The position numbers and the translations under genes are program-made. 64,000 nt of DNA from Macrostomum hystrix. Lineage: Eukaryota > Animalia > Platyhelminthes. The notes beneath the pieces are model-generated. The model saw only the letters and a program-made list of their open reading frames with translations. It had not been told where the DNA came from and did no database searches. Positions 11,541 through 24,400 of the stretch are shown here, in pieces; positions within the stretch are counted from its first letter, which is position 1, and each line of letters starts with the position of its first letter. The DNA lies in contig CATNEN010000038.1 in NCBI GenBank assembly GCA_950097015.1, positions 32,054,001 to 32,118,000 of the forward strand, read 5' to 3'.

Positions 11541-12978
11541 TTGAAGCCCTCTTCTCCTGGTGAGTGGAGGAGGAGAAGAAAGATTAAGAAAGCTTTAAGA
11601 TTCGGAATTAACCATGATTCACTGGAAGAAGATATTAGCGGTTTAGAAAGGAATGAGATAACGTTTCTGCAGCAACTTGGACACCGTGATCCTGGTGAAG
11701 AAATTAGTCAGTGGGCCGGTCTGACCGTAAGACAGCAGCAGTTGATTGACGCCGAATTGTCCAATCCAAGCATTCTGAATAATGCCGAGCTTCTGCGGGA
11801 AATGACGGAAGAAGAGGAAGACGCTGTGCAAAACGTCGAGGAGGCTGCCAAACGCAAATCGACTACGGATCAAACCGCTCTCCACGTGAAGCGCTTCAAA
11901 ATATATCTGGTGGACCAAAAACTGCCGGACAGCATCGAAACAATGCCGATTCGCTATCTTTATGCCTATCTGCGGCTGTGGTTCGTGTCACTAAGGACTC
12001 AGGAAGGCAAGCCATACGCTGTCAGAAGTCTGGTGTGCTTCAGGGCGTCTATTCATCGGCACGTGCTGGAGACAAAGAACGTGCAAATTATAGGTAACAC
12101 CGAATTTTAGTCGTTTGAACGGACGTACAAGGCTTGCCTGATTACGGCTCTGAGGGAGAAAACGTCGATTGGCAATGCGTCGATGTACTGTCCAATCGAT
12201 GACTCTGACTTCCATCGGCTGCGTGTGTATTTCGACCGTACGACACCGACGCGTCAACAATTGGAGGTTCTGTTTAAAATCGTGTACAGATTCGGCTTCA
12301 GGGGCCGTGAGTGGCTGAGGGGATTGACGAAGGCCGATGTGAGGATCGACGAATGCGTTGGAGTTCTATATATCGACTTGGTGAAGAATGACATTGAGAA
12401 GACAGTAACGGCGGACAACCCGACAACTTGAAAGTCGATCATTTTGGCCGAAACGCCGGCTGACCCGAACACGTGTCCGGTTGGTGCGATGGAGATGTGC
12501 CTGGCGAAGATGCCAGATGAAGTCGGTTGCCTGTGGCCTAAACCGCTGGAACGAGGGTTCTCCCTGGCAGGTTTCTGGTACCACAAGAGCCTTGTACTCG
12601 GCAAACACTAGCCTAATGAGTTCAAGAAGAAATTGAGAGCTGGCGGGACTGAGCAATCGTGCGTACACCGATAATTGCATACGCGCTTCCGTTGTTACCA
12701 ATTTGATAGAGGATGGTGTTTCCGAAATTCAAGCCGTGACCGGTCACAAACTTGCGGAGAGTGTGGAACATTACAATAAGAGATTGAAGTTCTCCAAAAA
12801 GTCAACATCAGTGAGCGACATCACTGATGGAGCGACTCCAACGACATCCCGAGCAATCAGTGGGCGACTCTCTGGTACTGCGGAACGAACCCTGGCGCCG
12901 GGTGGTCCGGGTGCCAGCAACGCGGGAACAAGTTCGACTGCTGGATGCGTCGTACTGCAGCAAAAACACGGTGATTAA
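11541..12978 (+). pseudogene. Tyrosine recombinase 1 (DUF3504/Crypton type), disabled
   Basis: ORFs 11541-12110 and 12183-12431 are in one frame, interrupted by stops; frameshift near 12630. Motifs: YLRLWFVSLRTQEGKPY..SL..FRASIHRH, RFGFRGRE, TCPV, LWPKP, WY..LGKH, YTDNCIRAS (HxxR with H>N), VTGHKLAESVEHY (catalytic His and Tyr). Confidence 0.8.
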
Positions 12979-12984
12979 GCTTGT

Positions 12985-14865
12985 CGAAGAGCTTACAAAG
13001 AATTAGATCAATGAACTATTGTTATTCGTTTTTGAGGTGAGGAAGGAGAATGGCGAAAAATATACGCCGGGAATTCTAAAAAACTTGGTTTCGATGATCC
13101 AACACTTTTACGTGTATGATTCATATGATTCATATTCATATTCATATGCAATGAAGGGCCATGCAGATGTCCATCTGGACGGACGCAGAATTTGCTAGCT
13201 TGCTAGGCCGGTATTCGTTGATGCCTTTGATGCGGCAATGAGACTGCTAAAGCCGGGAACCTGAATGGCTCTCAAACTGCAGCACCGATTCCTGCCACAG
13301 AGGAAGCCACTCTCTGGGAGCGAGGAGTTCTTGGAGAGAGCACGCCGCAGCGCTCGTTTTTACAGTGATTTTTTTATTTGTTAAAGTGCTTGGACTTCGT
13401 AGAGGACGCAAACTTTATCTCCTAGAGTATAACAAACAAATCCAACTGGCGACTAGGGAGAATACGATATTCTGACGTATGCCGAAACCACGGTGTCCAA
13501 AACAGGACCGTGTGGCCGAGGACTTTTTACCATAGAATGCGCAATAAACTACCGTGATCTTATATCAAATCCGAATTGCTTATTTTTGTAGCTTTCTCTT
13601 GAGCCGCGCCGAATGCGTTCAAGCGTATAATGTATCATACACCAGGACACAATCGCTGTCTTGTTTGCTTGTACAAGCGCTACGTCAGCCTCCGCCCGGC
13701 CGAATGCACAAAGCCGCAACTCTTTTTGGCCTGGTACCGGAATCCTGCATCTTTTCGAACTGGAAAGTGGTATCAAAATGTAGTGACAGTGGTCGGTTTG
13801 AGATCCCCGGCCCACAGCCCTATTAAGTAAAATATTATCGATCACTGAACCAGGCGTTAGGACGCTCTGTTGCAGTCAGGGACTGGTGGCGTTAGGACGC
13901 TCACACAGTACTTCTAAGATTATTACAGTACTCCGTGCGGACCTGGCACCCCGAAAGGACAGACACAAATACAGTGCTTACCGGTCGGGACGCACGATAG
14001 GATGGCAGGATGACGCTGAATGTATTTGTCGGCAATTTTTGCACTTTAATAAACCATACGCTCGGAATCACTCGTCAATAATCACTTCGCTATGCAATAA
14101 ATTGAGCCTTCGCCGTAAGAGACCGTCTTTACGGCACGATCTTTTAAAGTTCGCAAGGGGGGAGAGAGGTAGCCTTGGCCCGGGCAGAAAACGATACCTT
14201 AAGGGCTGACAAGGGGGCAGACAGGGGCGGAGCACAAACAAAGCCTACAGCGCGCTGGGGGGGGTTGGGTTGTACGCGCTGGACGGGTGGACGGGCAAAG
14301 CTACGCAGAGCTGATTGGCGTGAGGGCAAAGCCACGCAGGGCTGGGGTAGGATAGGCACACAATGCCCGCGCCCAGCCAATCAGATGGCGGCACCGGGCA
14401 CCGGGCAGCCAAGACGGCGTTGGGTGAGGAAGGCCTAACAAAACCACAAGGCAAGAGACACCGGCACCACAAAAATCAGGTACTAGCTAGGACGCCACAC
14501 TATCGATTCAGTTGTGCGCACCGTCACGGTGAGTCTGCCGGAGCCAACAAGTGGGAAGTACAGCAATCAGTCGCTAAAGGAAGACTTGCGCCACAACGCT
14601 GCGTGACGAGGGCATGTCCAGGCCCGAAATCGCGAAAATTACTGGACACAATTCAGTTGCCATAGAACGATGCATCGGTCCGTCTGCAAAGGTGGCTAGA
14701 TTCGCTTCTAGTGTTTTACAGGGTACGTCTCCTGTAGCTGAGGCTAATCCAGGCATGCATGTAAGTGAGCCTGTCGCTTCTGGAGATTACAGCGCTTATA
14801 TTACTGACCACGGTGTCATGTCTATCATCATTGATCGAGCTAAAATCGAAATTGAGTTTAAGTGA
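12985..14865 (+). pseudogene. Tyrosine recombinase 2 (DUF3504, ZMYM/QRICH1-like), disabled and split by an insertion
   Basis: Pieces: LFVFEVRKENGEKYTPGILKNLVSMIQH (about 13022-13105), EEATLWERGVLGESTP, FTVIFLFVKVLGLR, RCLVCLYKRYVSLRP..LFL..KWYQNVV (to about 13785). It resumes at about 14487 with LGRHTIDSVVRTVT..GKYSNQSL/RKTCATTLRDEGMSRPEIAKITGHNSVAIERC (Tyr>Cys). Confidence 0.75.
13786..14486. mobile_element. ~700-bp unclassified insertion interrupting recombinase 2
   Basis: Removing it joins AAT GTA GTG to CTA GGA CGC CAC, restoring WYQNVV-LGRHTI. No credible ORF or TIR seen. Confidence 0.55.
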
Positions 14866-14885
14866 GTTTGTGAAATTACGTTTAA

Positions 14886-15050
14886 CAGTAGAACTACCAA
14901 GGGTCCAGAACTGACATTTTTTTGCTGCACCCGAACGGAACAATGCAAGCACACGAAACTCAAGAACACGGGCCAACTTTTTGTTGCGCATCTTCTGAAA
15001 CAAGAATCAAGTCGCCAGCTTTTCAGACTATCGAGATTTTCAATGGTTCT
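14886..15050 (+). mobile_element. Dispersed repeat, possible piggyBac-like terminal segment (copy 1)
   Basis: Alignable by eye with 40029-40195; similarity begins at CAGTAGAACTACCAA immediately after TTAA. Opposite TIR not found. Confidence 0.5.
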
Positions 15051-15849
15051 GCGCCTCAGTGCGACCTTGCCAGGCCTTCAAAATTTATCAGCATGTCACC
15101 CGAATGTGCCTGCATCATCTCCGTATTCGGTAGTCACATACATTTATCCAGACAGACTGCCGGATCTTCAAGGGCTACAACAGGTGGAAATAGGCCACTA
15201 TGGCCACCCTGACGCGAATTTCTCCAATTTCACTGATCAAGCCTAAATATTGACCTATCAGGCTCAAGCTGCCAGCCTGACAGCCACCCTGCCAACCGCC
15301 CTATCAGGGGTCAGTTCGGTCTATTTAATGAAACGCGTTTTCGCCGTGTCCGAAAACACCTACCCTTCGGCACATTGTCGCCTAGACCGTGTGATTCGCC
15401 TCACCTCGTGAGAAGCAAGAAAGTCGCGCTCTAAGCGTGTGGTTGCCCAGCTTTGATTGTTCCATCCCATTCCCGACCACAAGCTGCTTGTCAGTTGGGT
15501 AGCTCTCGGCGTTCCGCCTTTTGAGAGTGCGCCGCTGCTCAAGAGTGGTCTGAATATAATAGGTTTCTGCAGTCAAAGTCAGTAAGTGCTCTCTTTGTAG
15601 ACTCCGCCTTCTGGCAGGAGTGCTAACCGATACGATCTGTCGGCAGAATCATCTGCTCTCCAAATTACCGGTCTTTGTGTTCTATATCGTTGTTTATTCT
15701 CTCTGGAAGATTGTGCACCGCGCGCTGTGCACCAAATCTGCTTTAGGTGTGAACTTGGCGGCTGTTCGAAGCAGGTTTGCCAAATTATTAAATTAGGAGA
15801 GCAGTAACTTTTTTACAGACGAGCAAACGAGGCGAAATTTTAAATTAAG

Positions 15850-16275
15850 GATCTGCTGGTAGCAGCCAAGAACGATGAAATTCTGGAAGGCGGAAGCCTC
15901 AAACAGACAACCGCAGTCAGCCGCGACTGTTCGTGGCCTCCGAACACCGCTATGCGCAGCCGCAGCCTTATTATCCTCAGCTGTATTACCGGCTGCAGCA
16001 GACCATTTACTCCGAGGCAAATGACTCAACAGTACAGGCCAGAGGCGCCACCACAGCCTCCAGATTATTTCCAGCCTTATAGCAGGACTTACCATAGAAA
16101 TTCCGCGTCTTACAATGGGGGGCCTCCGCAAAGAGTTCTGCGCTTTGATTACGAGGCCGGTGGGCCAATGACTGGCTGGCTTCACCCGCAAGGGAGGAAG
16201 GAACACGCTAAAGTCGCAGAGAAGCTGTTCGGCCATGTAAATCACATGGCGAAAGATTGCCCACAACCTCTCCAG
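15850..16275 (+). pseudogene. Possible retrotransposon gag remnant
   Basis: Pro/Gln/Arg-rich frame ending in a degenerate zinc-knuckle-like FGHVNHMAKDCP; the first cysteines are missing. Confidence 0.3.
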
Positions 16276-16839
16276 AACCTAGCTTTAAATCCTGTATTGA
16301 TAATGACAAGCCAAGTATGTTTGTCTAGGATTATTTGTCAAATATTACATATTCATTCTCATTACCATCTTATCTCGTTATTTGGTGAAATCGATTTTTT
16401 CTTTTATTGTATTTAAATTAACGAATAATAAAATAGTGGGTTGCTTTTCGTTTTTTTTATATTGTACTCTCTAAATCAACAGCAGTATTGAACACGTGAA
16501 CTTATACGCTACTTCTTAGCATTTAAAAATCCCCCTAAAAGATGGATCGCCTGATCATCGCGATAAATTAAGAAGAGAAAAGTCGAATGCGTTGAAAATA
16601 TTTTCGTGTTGGTTCGTGCAAGTTTTGTCAAAACAAAACCTACGCAATGCAGATGCTACAAATGTTTGCCTAACATAGAAAAATGCCAAAAACAGTTAAG
16701 CTTGTTTGAATTGTATTCACAAAAACTAGACGATGGTAGCATAAGCACTTAATTGGGAAAGTCTATATAATTTTATAGCAGGCTGTACGAGCTAAACCAA
16801 CAATAAGCAGCCGAAAAAACCTTTCACTGACTGAACATG

Positions 16840-19800
16840 TCAAAGGTCTTTCAAAGGTCGGAATTTCTCCTTGGTGACAGCCGAACGTCTGAGCATGGCT
16901 GCCGCAGCTGTCTGCTGCTTGCCGCCGCCGCGTGCGGCCGCTTCGCTAGCGGCCTCAAGCATTCTGTCGGTATTGGCAATGTCCTCCGCCCAGATCTTGG
17001 CCGAGGTGATGCCAGCCTCGGCGCGTGTTCTAGGAGCTAGCCAAGCCGCGTAGCGAATCTCGGATTCGCGATCGAACGCAGTCAGGAACTCCTGCGGTGT
17101 AGTTAACGATGCAGGATAATGAGGTTATAGTTGTCAGCTTAATCTTACGAAAAAGAAACATATGCGCTAACCTGTTCGCCAACTAGACTGTCTAGCCGGG
17201 ACTTGACATCCTGGAATAGGCGCCTCCTTCTTAGCCAATCGCCGTGGCTGCGCAGCTCAGCCAATCGGACGCTGGCAAATTCGGCGTAGAGCGACGCCAA
17301 ACGAGCGGCAGTCTTGGCCTCGTGTTCAGCCACAAGGCGACGCGCGAATGTCGATAATTCGACATTCCAGGCGGTGGTGTCCTGTGTGAAAGATTTTGTT
17401 ATCGATTGTGCTCTCGACTCCAAGTATAGAAATACCGGTTAGAATGGGGAAATGAGAGTATGAAGGGAATCGAAGCGAAGACAATTAGGGCGGAACAGAA
17501 TGAACGGAGGACAGACGAAGAGAAGAGAAGGAAATCAAAGAAGAAAGGGAGAAGAGAGGATAAGGAGGGGTAGAGACTCAGTCTGAAAATGAGAGCATGC
17601 CAGTGGCATTATAGGCACAAACCTTGTTAGTTGGCAGAGCTCTAATTGCCGCTCTGGCCTCCTCAATCGACTCCGGTCTGCACAGCGGTCGCTTGCCCGG
17701 TTCATTAACGCTGATAGCGTTGCCAAGGCAACGCGCAGAGGCTAGCAACGCGTCAATAGTCTCAATTGTGGACGCCGACAGAACTGGCAATTGGCGCTGC
17801 TGATGCTGCGACTGTCGGCGAAGTAGATCCAACAAAGCGTCGGGCTTTTCGCCGGCAGCCGAGCCCAGAAGCTGGCAGGCCAGACCAGCTGGCTGCGTTG
17901 GCCATTCGGCCATCAGGCGGCGGCCCAGACAGGCAATTGTGCAGCCAAACTGGAGCCGCTCCTCGTCAAGATCAAAGTGACCGTCGTAGTTAGGCCGGCG
18001 AATGTAATCAACGATGACGTGTTTCGTGTCCGGACTGTCGTCGTCGTCTTCTTCGTCGGCAGCCGCCGCGGCTTCGTCGGAAGCGTTGGGAGACACCGAG
18101 GTCCATTCAGAGAGCTGCTCGGAGGCACGGCTGACAGTAGCTAGCAGCATCATCCCGTTGCACAACCAGCCGTCTGAGGGCTGATCCTGAGATTGAAAGC
18201 GTGTTAGACAGGTTGGGGTGTTAGACAGGTTGGGGTGTTAGACAGGTTGGGGTGTCAGACAGGTTTTGGTGTCAGACAGGTTGGGGTGTCAGACAGGTTT
18301 TGGTGTCAGACAGGTTGGGGTGTTAGACAGGTTGGGGTGTTAGACAGGTTGGGGTGTTAGACAGGTTGGGGTGTCAGACAGGTTTTGGTGTCAGACAGGT
18401 TGGGGTGTCAGACAGGTTTTGGTGTCAGACAGGTTGGGGTGTTAGACAGGTTGGGGTGTTAGACAGGTTGGGGTGTCAGACAGGTTTTGGTGTCAGACAG
18501 GTTGGGGTGTTAGACAGGTTGGGGTGTTAGACAGGTTGGGGTGTCAGACAGGTTTTGGTGTCAGACAGGTTGGGGTGTTAAACAGGTTGGGGTGTTTTAC
18601 TGATTGGGGTGTTTTACTGGTTGGGGTGTTAGACATGAGTTGCGTTGATACAGAGTTGGGGTGGAAGACAGGATGGGGTGTTAGACAGGTTGGGGTGTTA
18701 GACAGGTTGGGGTGGAAGACAGGATGGGGTGTTAGACAGGTTGGGGTGTTAGACAGGTTGGGGTGTTAGACAGGTTGGGGTGTTAGACAGGTTGGGGTGT
18801 TAGACAGGTTGGGGTGTCAGACAGGTTTTGGTGTCAGACAGGTTTTGGTGTCAGACAGGTTGGGGTGTTAGACAGGTTGGGGTGTTAGACAGGTTGGGGT
18901 GTTAGACAGGTTGGGGTGTTAGACAGGTTGGGGTGTTAGACAGGTTGGGGTGTCAGACAGGTTGGGGTGTCAGACAGGTTTTGGTGTTAAACAGGTTGGG
19001 GTGTTAAACAGGTTGGGGTGTTTAACAGGTTGGGGTGTTTTACTGGTTGGGGTGTTAGACATGAGTTGCGTTGATACAGAGTTGGGGTGGAAGACAGGAT
19101 GGGGTGTTAGACATGGGTTGGGTTGCTAAATAGAGTTGGGGTGTTAGACATGGGTTGGGCTGTTACATAGAGTTGGGGTGTTAGACATGAGTTGGGCTGT
19201 TACATAGAGTTGGGGTGTTAGACTAATGATCTGAAAGTGCATGTACACACCTGCAAAGCGTGATCAAAGGCCACTAGCGCAGCCAGCCTAGCATTTCCAG
19301 ACTCCAACAGGTGATCGATGAGCAAACTGGCGGAATACTGGTCCAGAAAGATTCCGTAGGTGAATTTGTCTCTCAGCCAATCAATTAGCAGTTCAGCTTG
19401 GCCCATAGACAGCATGCAGCGAATGATTGCGTGATCAGTTGAAGCCAGCTTGCCGAGTGACTCTTGGGTAGCCCGGAATTTCGCAATTAGATTGGCAAAA
19501 TAAGGCAAATAGTTCAGTTCGAATGTGTCCAATTTGTTCACATAGACGTCAATGTCTACTGGAGCAACAGGTTCGCGTCTATCTAGAGCCCTTAGCAACC
19601 CATTGCCAAGATCAAGGCCAGATACAATTGCACCGAATTCGGCTGCTGATAGGCGCGAATTCCAAGCTTGTGGACATCCGAAACTGGAGCTCAGTAGGCT
19701 GCGGCGGCACTGACTGATAGCCTGTGGATGTTTAATGCAGGTAACAGAAAACATATTATTTGGTTAGAAGCAGCAGGAACTATTAATGTAGAAACATATT

Positions 19801-19935
19801 CCAATGCAACATCATATAACAATAGACTTCAAAAATTATTTTTACCTCAACATGAGACTGCAGAAGACTACTTAGTCTTGGTTGACCATTGGCCACAGAA
19901 ATCCACCTTGCACTGGTCCCAATTAGGCGTAGCAT
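16840..19935 (-). CDS. MRPS27: 28S mitochondrial ribosomal protein S27 (mS27)
   Basis: Exons 19935-19846, 19721-19251, 18186-17623, 17381-17172, 17091-16840, all phase 0 and GT-AG. Basic presequence MLRLIGTSARW; motifs RRSLLSSSFGCPQAWNSRL, VDIDVYVN, HAIIR, DKFTYGIFLDQYSASLLIDHLL, YIRRPNYDGHFDL. Confidence 0.9.
18200..19222. repeat. 17-bp minisatellite (gtgttagacaggttggg)n
   Basis: Occupies nearly all of MRPS27 intron 2 (18187-19250). Confidence 0.95.
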
Positions 19936-20140
19936 TTGCTGAAAAATAGTAAATAAGTGTTTTACTAAAAAACATTAATAATAATTGTAACTGTTACATG
20001 TCAGTATACTATATATTATATAAATATATATAAAGTATTGTCATCATCACTTTAAAGTTGCTGTTGTCTAAAGCTATTGTGATTCTTAGGACTTTTAACA
20101 TTTTTTACTTTGTACTTTGGGTACATGTAAACACCAAAAC

Positions 20141-20402
20141 CCCTATTGGAATAAGTTGACAAATCTCGTCCAAACTGTCAGTCACATTTTCAGACTTTTT
20201 TGGTGTTCGTTGCGTTGCAGGGCATCGCGCTTGTGATTTGGTGGCTTTAAAACAAAATAAAAAAAGTAAAGCTTTTCTTATTTATAAAGCCTAGATTGTA
20301 GGTTAGGTTATTATAGCATTTTTTGTCCCATTGTGCTTTGGAGCCACATTTTTGACACCTGTGTTGTACATCCTCAGGTTTTTGACATTTATTCCAATAG
20401 GG
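20141..20402. mobile_element. MITE-like element, 262 bp
   Basis: 14-bp perfect TIR ccctattggaataa / ttattccaataggg, flanked by accaaaac and accaaaat (8-bp TSD, one mismatch). Confidence 0.7.
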
Positions 20403-21465
20403 ACCAAAATACACCACAACAGACTAGGCTACTATGGTATCGAAGCTGTTGTTTTTTTATATATTGGCTTTTCATATAGAATTAAAAGCTGCTGATGTCT
20501 AGTTGATAGTCATTATAATTATAATTTACAATTTAGCTTTAGACTTAAAACAAAATTATAATTATAATTTTAATTATTAAACTGGCAGATATTAAACTCA
20601 ATTGCAGTTATTAGACCCTGGCAATTAGAGCAGGTCAGTGTCAAAATTATTTTGATTCTTATTTTTCCATACTCTTGTTTTAAATAAATTATGCAAAAAA
20701 CTGAATAAATTAAAATGTGACAAATAATTAGCAGTTTTTTAGCTTTCATATCATTAACAAATCATAAACAGCTCTTAAGTCATATTATAAAAAACAGTTT
20801 TTTTATTATAGCTATAGCTACAGATAGCTATTATCTGATTTTTCTCTTTTAGTTTAAATGAGTGGGTAGTCTTTTTAGTTAGAAATAATAACTTGGGAGA
20901 TAAAACAAAACAATAGGACTGTAATTATTGTATTGAAATAAACAACACACGAGTAAAGGAACATTGCGATTCAGGCGTCCAGCTTTCTAGATAATTACTT
21001 TAAAAAGTAACCCATTTTATAACAAGCATTTAGCTAATATTAAATTGTTTTCTTTTGTTAATATTTTAAAAGTGAGTTTAAAAATTAATATTTAAATAAA
21101 TTATCGCCTAATTGCTACATTACTACATATTTTCTGGTTTAATAAAACTTTAAAGTTTCGGATGTCGTATGCTGACCCTTAATCGGGACGCATGTGCACG
21201 TAAACATAAGCGCCTACTTAGTCTTAAGCAGTCTCTGTCTCTATCTAGATCTTACCAAATTTCTTTGACTTTAAAGCCAAGTGGAGTGGTTTTTGCCTTT
21301 GACGTTGAAGGCTTTTGTATTTCGAAGTATCTGGTCTCTGTACTTAGTATTGTCATAGATAAGTATTAGAAAATCTTGTAATATTTCAACTGAACTGATC
21401 TTTTGTTTTAGATTTACTGTAGGCCCCTAGTTTGGCATAGTTAAGTAAGTGAAAGCCCTATTAAG

Positions 21466-24400
21466 ATGATAGATGATAAGCAGGAGGACAGTATGCCACT
21501 GTAAGTAAATACTTTAATTTTCAGATTTTACCTGCTATGCATGCTAGTATTATATCTTCTATTAATCGTAGGTTTTTGTACTCCAAATTTTATTATCTGA
21601 ATGAATGTTAAAGAGCTAGGCCGACAGAATGCAAATGTGATCACTGTGGACAAATGCTCTAGAATCATATGCATAATTTGGATTATATGCATTTTGGTAC
21701 CAGGGCATTTCAATTCCAAGGTATTTCACTAACAGTCTTCTTGTCAACTCTCTTTTCATTGACTGTCTTTTGGTATTAGTACAGCTCCTGAGATGGAAGT
21801 GCTTTGCAGTACTCTGTCTCCATACAATTTTTTTCTATTCAACATTTGTAAAACAAATTTAAAACCAAGTTTTTGGGACAACTGTGACTAGCAAAGTTGT
21901 TAGACCTGTCAACATATAGGCATAAGCCTAGCAGCAACAGCAACTAAATTACCATGCTAGGGACCTATCTGATTTATAGGCCCCTAGTGTCAATGCCCCA
22001 CAAAGTAGCTTCAAGTGGTGACCAGATAGGGTACAGTCAGAAACCTCACATTATAATGGCCTTATGAATTGTGGATTTTTTATTGTTTATTATTATTTAG
22101 TTTTTTTTACCATTTTGTGCCTAAAACTTGCTAACTGTGCCTAATCCTATACTTCATCATGCCCTACCACTGTTGCTATAAAGTGATATTTTTAGAGGGT
22201 AGGCATTTGTGAAACTGAGATTTCATCTTAGACAATGACTAGCTGTTTCAGTAAAAGAAATGTATGCCTAAATTTTTGTGTACAATTTAGCTACAGAATT
22301 GCAGATAGGCCTAGGTAACAGCAAAATAATTTTTTGTAAATTACTATTGTAATTGTAATTGTAATTGTAAACTGTATTAAATATGAGTGTTGGGATTTCT
22401 TATAGGTAATAAAATGATAAGTTAATAAAGAGAACAAATAAACAAGTCACTCTTGAAAATATAGAAAATCATCCATTGTTTAGGTTTACAGTTGCAATCA
22501 CCATTATAGTATGATTATAAGATGAAGAGACAATAAGTTCTAAAATTTTCAAAGAGATCCAATGATAACTCAAATTTATAAATCCCGAATTCTAGTTTAA
22601 ACCTGATTGAGAGATATGGATTTAATTATTTACCTTATTGAAACAAAACATTTAGCTTCTCTAGCAATCATAGTAAAATATAATTAATATGTAAGAATTT
22701 ACCTTTTGTGTCATAAAGGACCTTCTTGATTTGTGCTTTCATGATTTAAATTTATTCAATTATATATTGCTTCCATAAAAAGGTTAATCTGATGGCTACC
22801 ATAAGAAGCAAAAGACATTAAGCAGCTTACAAGAAGCACATTGGATAAAGAATGCAGTTCTCAGATTGTTTTTTCCTATTGAATATGTGCTATGTTTAAA
22901 TTATTAAGTTATTTTAATATTAGGCCTTATACCACTTCAAATTTTCAAGTTTTAAATTTCGAATAAAAACTATTTAAACAATAAACAATTGTTATGTTTT
23001 AATATGCTAATCATTAGTAAGCAAAACAATGACTATTTTAATTAATTATTTTTAGTCTGTTTATGACCATATACTATAATGTGCTTTTAATAAATTATTA
23101 GCATTAGAATCCAATTTTTGCCATTCTACAGAGTAGATTTTGACTAAGCAACAACTTTGCCAATGACTTACATTGCCTTATCCAATCCAATTTTATATTT
23201 TATCCTAATCTAACCTCTTTTTATAAATGTATTGTAAGTATACAAATGTCATAAATAATTATAGTATCATTTATTTTTGAAACTATTGTTTTTTTCCGTA
23301 GATCTTCATCCCAAGAGATAGAACAGGAACAGTCTGATGTTATCAGGGAGCGCACAGTTGTTGGACTTCTGGCTAGACTAAAGAGCTATGCTGTAAGTAT
23401 CATGATTCGTTTGAACTCAGGATGTGGAAAAAATAAATGATCCTTTACAAATATATATTTGTTTGAATCCCTTCCTGTTTTCGCAGTCCCTGCCCTGGTC
23501 CAACAAGCCAATCGAAGTGTCGCCACTGGTCTGCTCAAGACACGGCTGGCTCAGCAGGGAGCCAGACACTCTTGGCTGTGTTGCCTGCGGTGCTTCACTC
23601 TGCGTGAGATTGCCGCCACCTGCGGCTGATAATTGTGAGTAGCGCCTGCTGGCCCATGGGGATTGTTATGGGGAGCGAAAAATACAGGAATGGAATGCTA
23701 GACATGTGAGAGGAATAGAATGCTAGACTTGTGAGAGGAATAGAATGCTAGACTTGTGAAAGGGATAGAATGCTAGACTTGTGAGAGGAATAAAATTCTA
23801 GACATGTGAGAGGAATAGAATGCTAGACATGTGAGAGGAATAGAATGCTACAGTTGTGACAGGAATAGAATGCTAGACATGTGAGAGAAATAGAATGCTA
23901 GACTTGTGAAAGGGATAGAATGCTAGACTTGTGAAAGGGATAGAATGCTAGACTTGTGAAAGGAATAGAATGCTAGACTTGTGAAAGGGATAGAATGCTA
24001 GACTTGTGAGAGGGATAGAATGCTAGACTTGTGAGAGGAATAGAATGCTAGACTTGTGAGAGGGATAGAATGCTAGACTTGTGAGAGGAATAGAATGCTA
24101 GACTTGTGAGAGGAATAGAATGCTAGACTTGTGAGAGGAATAGAATGCTAGACTTGTGAGAGGAATAGAATGGTAGACTTGTGAGAGGAATAGAATGCTA
24201 GACTTGTGAGAGGGATAGAATGCTAGACTTGTGAGAGGAATAGAATGCTAGACTTGTGAGAGGAATAGAATGCTAGACTTGTGAGAGGAATAGAATGCTA
24301 GACTTGTGAGAGGAATAGAATGCTAGACTTGTGAGAGGAATAGAATGCTAGACTTGTGAGAGGAATAGAATGCTAGACTTGTGAGAGGGATAGAATGCTA

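Larger units (their letters stand above)
11310..14865 (+). mobile_element. Degenerate Crypton-like (tyrosine recombinase) DNA transposon region; boundaries approximate
   Basis: Two intronless, disabled DUF3504-type recombinase frames in tandem. Nested inverted repeats at the left end (ggactgaaatgaac 11334-11347 / gttcatttctgtcc 11373-11386). Confidence 0.65.

Noticed and set aside
11541-14865. Functional host gene of the ZMYM/QRICH1/KCTD1 type
   Set aside because: Multiple stops, frameshifts and an insertion; no introns and no MYM or BTB domains, so better read as decayed transposon.
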